Positions 56,937-64,000 of a stretch of 64,000 nucleotides of DNA are shown here, piece after piece. A model generated the notes under the pieces. That model ran no database searches. It saw only the letters and a program-made list of their open reading frames with translations, and was not told where the DNA came from. Numbering within the stretch: position 1 is the stretch's first letter; each line of letters starts with the position of its first letter. Source of the DNA: Myxococcota bacterium (GTDB lineage Bacteria; Myxococcota_A; UBA9160; UBA6930); NCBI GenBank assembly GCA_965223705.1, contig OZ245015.1, positions 2,496,001 to 2,560,000 of the forward strand, given 5' to 3'. The position numbers and the translations under genes are program-made.

Positions 56937-58655
56937 CTATTCGTCGTCGGTCTTTTGAGCCAACTTTTCGGCGAGGAGGTCGCCGAGTGTCGTCGTTTGG
57001 CTCTGGGACTGCTGCGCCGCCATCTTCTTGAGCGCTTCTCGCTCGGCCCGGTCCGCCAGCGCGCGGATCGAGAGAGAGATCTTCTGATCGACGGCATCGA
57101 CTTTCGTGATGAGCGTCGTGATCTCTTGACCTTCACTCACCACGTCGCTCGCGTTCTCCACACGTTCGGCAGCGAGTTCGGAGTTGTAGATGAGCCCTTC
57201 GATCCCTTCCTCGAGGGTCACGAACGCACCGAAGTCGGTGATGCTCGAAACCTTGCCCTGGACCTCGGTGCCGACCTGGTACTTCTTGCGAATGTCGTCC
57301 CACGGGTTGGGCTCGAGTTGCTTGATGCCGAGGGAGAACTTCTCGTTCTCTCGGTCGATCTTGAGCACGATCGCTTCGACCTGATCGCCCTTCTCGAACT
57401 TGTCGCTCGGCTGCTTGATCTGCTCCGTCCAGGAAATATCGGACACGTGCACCAAGCCATCGATGCCCTCTTCCAATCCGACGAACACCCCGAAGTTCGT
57501 GATGTTCCGAACCTCGCCGGATACGCGCGTACCGACCGGGTATTTCTCTTCGATCAAGCTCCACGGGTTCGGCTCGATCTGCTTCATACCGAGCGAGATC
57601 TTGCGATTCCCCTCGTCGACGTCGAGCACCACGGCTTCAACGTTGTCGCCGATGTTCACCACCTTCGACGGATGCTTGACGCGCTTGGTCCAGGACATCT
57701 CGGAGACGTGAACCAGCCCCTCGATGCCCGGCTCGAGCTCGATGAAGGCGCCGTAGTCCGTCAGCGAAACGACCTGACCGGAAACGCGAACGCCGATCGG
57801 ATAGCGCATGGCGGCGTCGATCCACGGGTCGGGCTGGATCTGCTTGAGTCCCAGCGAAACCCGCTCCGACTCGGCGTCGAACTTCAGCACCTTGACTTTG
57901 ATCTCGTCGCCGACGCGGAACAACTCGTTCGGGTGGTTGACACGTCCCCAGGACATGTCGGTCACGTGAAGCAAGCCGTCGAGGCCGCCGAGATCGATGA
58001 AGGCACCGTAGTCGGTGATGTTCTTGATCACGCCGTCGATGATCTGCCCCTCGCCGAGCTGCTCGAGCGTTGTGGCGCGCAACTTTTCGCGCTCTTTCTC
58101 GAGCAGCGCCCGGCGCGACAAGACGATATTCCCGCGCCGCTTGTTGAACTTGATGACCTTGAACTGGAGTCGCTCTCCGAGCAGCGCCTCGAGGTTCCGC
58201 ACCGGGCGCAGGTCGACCTGCGAGCCCGGCAAAAACGCTTTCACACCGATGTCGACGGCGAGTCCGCCCTTCACGCGGGACAGGACGGTGCCCTCGACGG
58301 GCTCATCGCGATCGCAGGCGGCGCTGATCTCGTCCCAGATCTTCAGCCGGTCGGCCTTCTCCTTCGACAGCACGATTCGGCCGTCGTCGCCTTCGGCTTC
58401 CTCGACCAAGACATCGACGACGTCGCCGACCTTGATCAGCATGGTGCCGTCCTCTTCCATGAACTCCCACGTGTCGACGATGCCCTCGGACTTGAAGCCG
58501 ATGTCGACCTGAACGTGGTCGTCGTCGATCTGGGTGATCCTTCCCTGGACGACCTCGCCTTCCTTGATCTTGCGGGTGTCCTGCGCGAAGAGCTCGGCAA
58601 AGCTCTCGCCCGCCGGAATCCCCGTCTGCTCGCTCGTTGATGATTCTTGACTCAT
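56937..58655 (-). CDS. rpsA: 30S ribosomal protein S1
   Basis: Six S1 repeats; AFLPGSQVD, GLLHVTDMSW and GLVHVSEMSW motifs. Confidence 0.97.
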   Translation of the reverse strand: MSQESSTSEQTGIPAGESFAELFAQDTRKIKEGEVVQGRITQIDDDHVQVDIGFKSEGIVDTWEFMEEDGTMLIKVGDVVDVLVEEAEGDDGRIVLSKEKADRLKIWDEISAACDRDEPVEGTVLSRVKGGLAVDIGVKAFLPGSQVDLRPVRNLEALLGERLQFKVIKFNKRRGNIVLSRRALLEKEREKLRATTLEQLGEGQIIDGVIKNITDYGAFIDLGGLDGLLHVTDMSWGRVNHPNELFRVGDEIKVKVLKFDAESERVSLGLKQIQPDPWIDAAMRYPIGVRVSGQVVSLTDYGAFIELEPGIEGLVHVSEMSWTKRVKHPSKVVNIGDNVEAVVLDVDEGNRKISLGMKQIEPNPWSLIEEKYPVGTRVSGEVRNITNFGVFVGLEEGIDGLVHVSDISWTEQIKQPSDKFEKGDQVEAIVLKIDRENEKFSLGIKQLEPNPWDDIRKKYQVGTEVQGKVSSITDFGAFVTLEEGIEGLIYNSELAAERVENASDVVSEGQEITTLITKVDAVDQKISLSIRALADRAEREALKKMAAQQSQSQTTTLGDLLAEKLAQKTDDE

Positions 58656-58731
58656 TCGGTTTTTGAGTTCCCTTCTTCCTGCCACCTTCTGGCGGCTGTA
58701 TTTCTCCGAGCGCTCACGCCCGGCAAACGCG

Positions 58732-59586
58732 TTAGTCGCCGCGCGTGATCGCCGCGCGGCCCTTCTCAATTTGGAGGCGGAGCGCCTCGCGATCGTCTTC
58801 TGCGAGAGCTTCGGCCAGATGTGCTAGCTCGCGCGCCACCTCCGAAACCACAGCTCGCGTCGCTTCGCCGTTCTCACCGAGAATCTCCGCCCAGAGGGAC
58901 GCGTCGGATCGCGCGATCCTCGTAAAATCTCGGAACCCGCCACCGCGCAGCCGCGCCGCGCCCGCCGGTCCTTTTTCGAGTGCAGCGGCGAAGGCGAACG
59001 CCACCGCGTGGGGAGCATGGCTGATCCACGCGACTTCGAGATCGTGCTCATCCGGATCGCGCTCCTCGACGCGCATTCCGAGGCCCGCCCATAGCGCGCG
59101 AAGACGTACGACCGCCGCTTCGTCAGACCCCGCAGTGGGCGTCACCACACAAGCTGCCCCATCGAGGAGATCGGCGCGCGCATGATCGAACCCGCGCAAG
59201 TGACTCCCCGCCATCGGATGGGAGCCGACGTAGATCACACCGTCCGGGAGAAGCGGCGGCAACGAGCGCGCCAAAGCTCCCTTGACACTGCCGACGTCCG
59301 TCACGAGCGCGCCCGGTCGGAGCCCCGGTGCGGCCGCTTCGAGAAGCGCCGGCATCGCTTCGACGGGGCACGCGAGGATGACCAGCTCGGCTCCCGCGGC
59401 GCCCGCTTCGGGCGAATCGGTTCCGCGATCGATCGCCCCTCGCGACTCGGCGTCCGCCAACGCTCCGGCCGATCGCGACACGCCGACAATTTCCTTGGCG
59501 AGTCCCCGCTCGCGAAGTGCCAGAGCGATCGAGCCTCCCAAAAGTCCGAGGCCCATCACCGCGACGCGTTCGAACAGCGCCATCAC
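58732..59586 (-). CDS. tyrA: Prephenate/arogenate dehydrogenase
   Basis: GLGLLGGS, TDVGSVK, HPMAGS, HD...A.ISH.PH and GFRDFTRIA motifs. Confidence 0.92.
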   Translation of the reverse strand: MMALFERVAVMGLGLLGGSIALALRERGLAKEIVGVSRSAGALADAESRGAIDRGTDSPEAGAAGAELVILACPVEAMPALLEAAAPGLRPGALVTDVGSVKGALARSLPPLLPDGVIYVGSHPMAGSHLRGFDHARADLLDGAACVVTPTAGSDEAAVVRLRALWAGLGMRVEERDPDEHDLEVAWISHAPHAVAFAFAAALEKGPAGAARLRGGGFRDFTRIARSDASLWAEILGENGEATRAVVSEVARELAHLAEALAEDDREALRLQIEKGRAAITRGD

Positions 59587-60680
59587 GAACGTGCGTTCCT
59601 GAACGCTTCAAGCGTTTCGAGAAAGCGCTCGTTCTCGTCGTCGGTTCCGATGGTGACACGCACGCATTCGGGCAAGCCGAACCCGCCCATGGGACGGACG
59701 ATCACGCCTTGCCGCAGTAGCGCTTCGTACGTCCCCGCTCCGGTTTCGGCCAGAATGAAGTTCGTGTCACTGGGCCAGTAACGAATACCGAGCCGCTCCA
59801 ACCCTTGTTCCAGCAATGCGAGACCGCGCGCGTTCGTCTCGCGACTTCTCGCGAGGTGCTCGTGATCGTCGAGGGCCGCCAGCGCTCCCGCCTCACCCAG
59901 GAGATTCACGTTGAACGGGTGCCGCCCGCGCTCGAGCCAGCCGGCGAACTCCTCGTCCGTGACGCCGTAGCCGACCCGCGCGCCCGCGAGGCCGTAGGCT
60001 TTCGAGAACGTCCGAAGAACGCAGGTTCCGGGACGCCGTCGCACCCAGTCCAAGCTGTCCGGGAAGTCCTCGCGCCGGACGTACTCGTAGTACGCCTCGT
60101 CGATCACGAGCGGGAGATCCTCGGGTAATTCCTCGACGAACCGATCGAATTCACCGCGTCCAAGACTCGTCCCCGTCGGGTTGTTGGGGTTACACACGAA
60201 GACGAGCTGGGTGTTCTCGGTCACCGCCTTCGCCATGGCCGGCAGGTCATGACTGAAATCCGCGGTCAGCGGAACAGCGACCGCCTTGCCACCCATCCCT
60301 TGGACGACGAGGGGATACATCGCGAAGGAAGGCCAGGGAAAAACGACTTCGCTCCCCGGTCCGACCAGAGCCTTCGCAATGAGCTCCAACAGCTCGTCGG
60401 AGCCAGCGCCGAAGATGAGCTGGTTCTCGTCGACACCGAGACGCGAAGCGAGCGCGGACCGCAACGCAAAGTTCTTCCCGTCGGGATAGCGATGCGCCGT
60501 TTCCGCGGCGCGCTTCATGGCGACCACGGCTTTCGGTGACGGACCGAGCGGGTTCTCGTTTGACGCGACTTTGATCGAACCTTCGATCCCGAGCTCGCGC
60601 TCGAGCTCTTCAATGGGCTTGCCGGGCTCGTACGCCTTGAGGGAGGCATAGTAGGCTTTGATGCGGCGCGACAGTTCCAC
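59583..60680 (-). CDS. hisC: Histidinol-phosphate aminotransferase
   Basis: YEPGKP, ASNENPLG, CNPNNPTG, DEAY and RTFSKAYGLAG.RVGY motifs. Confidence 0.93.
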   Translation of the reverse strand: MELSRRIKAYYASLKAYEPGKPIEELERELGIEGSIKVASNENPLGPSPKAVVAMKRAAETAHRYPDGKNFALRSALASRLGVDENQLIFGAGSDELLELIAKALVGPGSEVVFPWPSFAMYPLVVQGMGGKAVAVPLTADFSHDLPAMAKAVTENTQLVFVCNPNNPTGTSLGRGEFDRFVEELPEDLPLVIDEAYYEYVRREDFPDSLDWVRRRPGTCVLRTFSKAYGLAGARVGYGVTDEEFAGWLERGRHPFNVNLLGEAGALAALDDHEHLARSRETNARGLALLEQGLERLGIRYWPSDTNFILAETGAGTYEALLRQGVIVRPMGGFGLPECVRVTIGTDDENERFLETLEAFRNARS

Positions 60681-61840
60681 TACGCCGCCTCGCCGCCACG
60701 AGAGCGCCGCGCCCGCGGAAAAGAACCGAGAACACGCGTCGACAAGGCCAGCCGCGAGGCTTCTTCGATCGCCTTGGCGACGGCGCTCTGCGACCGGTGT
60801 CCCTCGACGTCGATGAAGAAGAGGTATTCCCAGGGTGCTCCCTTGAGCGGGCGCGCCTGGATCGCCGCGAGGTTCACGCCGCCACTCGCGAACGGGGCCA
60901 GGAGTCCGTGTAGTGCACCGGACTGATCTTTTCGCACCGTGAACACGACACTCGTCAAATCGAAGCCGGAAGGCTCGGGCGGATCGCCGCCGATCACGAG
61001 GAAGCGGGTGGTGTTGTCCCGCCGGTCCTCGATCCCGCGCGCAATGATCTTCAAGCCGCCGACTTCGGCCGCGAGAGCTGTGCCGATCGCCGCGACGTCG
61101 GGCGCCCCGGCCGCGAGCCGGGCCGCTTCGGCCGTGCTCGCGACTTCGATGCGTTCGGCGCCCGGCAACTCTCGATCGAGCCAACCCCGCGCCTGCGCGA
61201 GGGGCTGCGGATGAGACGCGACCCGGCGCACCTCGCTCGGGTCGCCGGATCGCGACATCACGCACAAAGAGACGCGAAGCAGCAGCTCTCCGACGAGGGT
61301 GACGTTCGCATCGACGAGCCCGTCGAGGGCCTGGGTGACCACACCTTCGGTGCTGTTTTCGACCGGCAGCAGACCGTGGTCGATTTGGCCCGATGCGACC
61401 GAGGCCAACAGCTCGGCAAAGCTCGCGACGGGCACGTAGCTCGCGCTCGCACCGAACGCCTCCTTCGCCGCCTGGTGGGAAAACGTGCCGTCGGGCCCGA
61501 GGTAGCCGATCTGCAAATCGCGTTCGAGCGATCGCGTGCCCGAAATGATTTCCCGGAACACGGCCGGAATCGCCGCATCGGGGAAGGGACCGGTGTTCGC
61601 CTCGATCAGGCCTTCGACAAGATCCCGTTCTCTTTCAGCCCGGTACACGCTGTGGTCGTGGGATCGCTTCAGGTCCCCCACCCGCGCGACCAGGTGCGCG
61701 CGTTCGTTCAGCGCGTCGAGTAGGCGGCGGTCGACAGAATCGATGGCGTCCCGAAGTTCGGCAAGCGCGTCGCGCGCGTTCGAAGCGACGGCGCTCCCGA
61801 CGAGCGGAGCCTCGGGCTTTTGTTGCTGTCGACTGCTCAA
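60680..61840 (-). CDS. pheA: Chorismate mutase/prephenate dehydratase
   Basis: N-terminal CM domain (LRDAID..D), YLGP.GTFS, PVENSTEG, NTTRFLVIG and ACT domain; TTG start after GAGGAG is inferred. Confidence 0.93.
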   Translation of the reverse strand: MSSRQQQKPEAPLVGSAVASNARDALAELRDAIDSVDRRLLDALNERAHLVARVGDLKRSHDHSVYRAERERDLVEGLIEANTGPFPDAAIPAVFREIISGTRSLERDLQIGYLGPDGTFSHQAAKEAFGASASYVPVASFAELLASVASGQIDHGLLPVENSTEGVVTQALDGLVDANVTLVGELLLRVSLCVMSRSGDPSEVRRVASHPQPLAQARGWLDRELPGAERIEVASTAEAARLAAGAPDVAAIGTALAAEVGGLKIIARGIEDRRDNTTRFLVIGGDPPEPSGFDLTSVVFTVRKDQSGALHGLLAPFASGGVNLAAIQARPLKGAPWEYLFFIDVEGHRSQSAVAKAIEEASRLALSTRVLGSFPRARRSRGGEAA

Positions 61841-62098
61841 AGACACTCCTCGGGGAGAGCGTTGCATCACGGCGAGTCGAAAGCGTTGTGCACTTTCTCG
61901 CCGCTGCGTTCGGATCGGCTAACCCCGCGAAAAGACTGAAGCAATATATAGGAGCGCAAAACGGCGGTCAAACGGGCTCGAGAATTTCCTTTGCGCTTCC
62001 GCGGGGTTACGGCCGCGGGGGCGCGCATACCCATAAGCACCTGTTTCGCCTAAGAAAATTCCCCTTACGCGGTTTTAAGGCCGAGCCCCGACCCGTCG

Positions 62099-62920
62099 AT
62101 GAACAGACCGAACCCCCGGTTTCGAGGCTTGGGTCTGGCGAACGGAAGCTCACAATCCCTCTTTCGGCTTCGGGTAGCGCTGGCCAGCGCGTGTCTGCTC
62201 GGCGCCGGTGTGGCGAGCCTCGCGGGCGTCCTCGGAACGGGGGAATTGCCGGCCCGGCTGCTTCGCGCTGTGCTGGCAGCGGTCGCCACGAGTCTCGCGG
62301 TCTATTTCTGGGCGCGGGGGTATGTCACCTCTCAGATCACGCCCTGGCTCGCCGCCGCCGACCAGAGCGAGGCGCTCCGTGTGAGAAACGAAGCCTTGGA
62401 GGCTGCGAACGAGGTGCTCGAGCAACTGTCGATCACGGACGGGCTCACCAAACTCCACAACCATCGCTTTTTTCAGGAGCAACTCGAGCGGGAGATCCGT
62501 CGCGCGCGTCGCACCGGCGAGGCCTTGGCCATGCTCATCTGCGACATCGACGACTTCAAGGCTCTGAACGACCGACAGGGACACAAAGCCGGCGACGAGC
62601 TTTTGATGGGCCTCGCGAACAAACTCAGTGAATGCGTCCGGGAGACCGACCTTCTCGCCCGCTACGGCGGCGAAGAGTTCGTGATCCTCGCCGCGCATAC
62701 CGACCTCGAAGGCGGTATCCGGGTGGCGGAAAAAGTACGCACCGTCGTCGAGAATGAGGACTTCTTCCTCGATGGCGCCGAGGTTCCGACGAACATCACC
62801 GTGTCCATCGGAGTCGCGGAGTTCCGCGGCGACCGCGGCGGATTTTTCCGTGCCGCGGACCAGGCGCTCTACCGCGCCAAGGCCACCGGAAAAAACTGCG
62901 TGGTTGCGGACGGGATCTGA
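62099..62920 (+). CDS. Membrane-anchored diguanylate cyclase
   Basis: Two TMs, coiled coil, DGLT, DID.FK..ND..GH..GD, RETD I-site and GGEEF. Confidence 0.92.
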   Translation: MNRPNPRFRGLGLANGSSQSLFRLRVALASACLLGAGVASLAGVLGTGELPARLLRAVLAAVATSLAVYFWARGYVTSQITPWLAAADQSEALRVRNEALEAANEVLEQLSITDGLTKLHNHRFFQEQLEREIRRARRTGEALAMLICDIDDFKALNDRQGHKAGDELLMGLANKLSECVRETDLLARYGGEEFVILAAHTDLEGGIRVAEKVRTVVENEDFFLDGAEVPTNITVSIGVAEFRGDRGGFFRAADQALYRAKATGKNCVVADGI

Positions 62921-62941
62921 GTTTTCAGCCATCCTCGGGCG

Positions 62942-63577
62942 ATGACCAAAGTCGTTGCCCTCACCGGCGGCATCGGTACGGGAAAGAGCACGGTCGCGCG
63001 CATGCTCGTCGCGCTGGGCGCCCGCCTGGTCGATGCCGACGCGATCGTCCACGAGCTTCAGGCGAAGGGCACCCCGCTGCTTCGAGAGATCGAGGCTCAC
63101 TTCGGCGCCGAGGTGATCGACGAGGACGGTGAGCTCGATCGCGCGGCACTGGGCGCCATCGTCTTTCGCGACGCGTCCGCCCGGAAAGCGTTGGGCGCGT
63201 TGGTACATCCGCCGGTCCGGCGAGAAATGCGCGCGCGCGTCGACCGGGCGATCGACGAGGGCGTCCCCCTCGTCGTCGTCGACATTCCCCTCCTTTTCGA
63301 AGGCGGACACGACCCGAAGAACAACCCGCTTCGCATCGAAGCGACGATCCTCGCCTATGCGCCGCGCTCGTTGCAGGTCGAGCGGCAAAAGACGCGCGAC
63401 GGTGCCAGCGAGGACGAGGCGATGCGGCGCATCGACGCGCAGATGCCCATCGAAGACAAACGGCAGCTCGCCGACTACGTGATCGACAACGCGGGAAGTC
63501 TCCGCGAGACCGAGCACCAGGTTGAAGCGCTCTACGCGGAGCTCACGAAGTCTGCTCCCGACGAATCGCGGCCTTGA
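62942..63577 (+). CDS. coaE: Dephospho-CoA kinase
   Basis: LTGGIGTGKST, DAD, HP, DIPLLFE and R..AQ motifs. Confidence 0.95.
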   Translation: MTKVVALTGGIGTGKSTVARMLVALGARLVDADAIVHELQAKGTPLLREIEAHFGAEVIDEDGELDRAALGAIVFRDASARKALGALVHPPVRREMRARVDRAIDEGVPLVVVDIPLLFEGGHDPKNNPLRIEATILAYAPRSLQVERQKTRDGASEDEAMRRIDAQMPIEDKRQLADYVIDNAGSLRETEHQVEALYAELTKSAPDESRP

Positions 63578-64000
63578 GGCTTGTGGCGAATTCCGAGGCC
63601 ACCGCGACGGCATCTCCCCGATCGGCGGCTCGCGCGATGCGGTCGACGAACGCGCTCCCGACGACCACACCATCCGCGTAGCGGCCGACCTCGGCCGCTT
63701 GCTCCGGTGTCGACACGCCGAAGCCCACGCATACCGGACCGTCGGTCACGCCCCGAATGCGCGCGACCGCGGCTTCGATCCCGCTGGCCAACTCTTGTCG
63801 CGCCCCGGTGATGCCGGTCAGCGACACGTAGTAGAGGAAGCCCCGCGTCGCATCGGCCAGCAGACGAAGGCGCGCGTCGGTCGTGGTGGGCGTCGCGAGA
63901 AGAACCGCGTCGATGCCAGCGCTTGCGCACGCCGCGTAGAAGGCCTCGCCTTCCTCCGGCGGGAGATCCGGGATGATCACGCCGTCGACGCCGGCTCTCG
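63543..64000 (-). CDS. trpA: Tryptophan synthase alpha chain (5' end outside window)
   Basis: GVDGVIIPDLP.EE, GFLYYVSLTGITG, VGFGVS and DGVVVGSA motifs. Confidence 0.95.
   Translation of the reverse strand, partial: RAGVDGVIIPDLPPEEGEAFYAACASAGIDAVLLATPTTTDARLRLLADATRGFLYYVSLTGITGARQELASGIEAAVARIRGVTDGPVCVGFGVSTPEQAAEVGRYADGVVVGSAFVDRIARAADRGDAVAVASEFATSLKAAIRREQTS

Noticed and set aside
56295..58640. 781-aa plus-strand ORF
   Set aside because: Antisense shadow of rpsA, ihfB and lapA

Overview
High-GC bacterial window with a Myxococcota/deltaproteobacterial-type gene content; the lineage is a guess. 1-23 kb holds accessory redox and catabolic genes: SDRs, GSTs, a TetR regulator with paired operators, an MMPL transporter, a Rieske/extradiol aromatic-degradation operon, a CoA-transferase and an LLM oxidoreductase. 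23-37.8 kb is a cell-surface locus: two PEP-CTERM proteins, a TMTC-like GT-C/TPR glycosyltransferase, an FG-GAP protein, an Ig/ASH-repeat protein, then a tandem array of six paralogous ~360-aa secreted proteins plus the orphan 3' end of a probable seventh. The array has invariant blocks flanking short hypervariable patches and looks mosaic between copies. It is the most interesting feature, a candidate diversifying S-layer/surface-polymer system. 37.8-44 kb carries transport and envelope genes with two separate 32-bp tandem duplications, one of which forms a relay of translationally coupled mini-ORFs. 44-64 kb is housekeeping (rluB-like, scpAB, tRNA nucleotidyltransferase, xerD, glnD, amidase, mutS, lapAB-like, ihfB, rpsA, tyrA, hisC, pheA, GGDEF, coaE, partial trpA). 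I saw no rRNA, tRNA, CRISPR array, transposase or reverse transcriptase. All calls come from motif recognition by eye; no searches were run.
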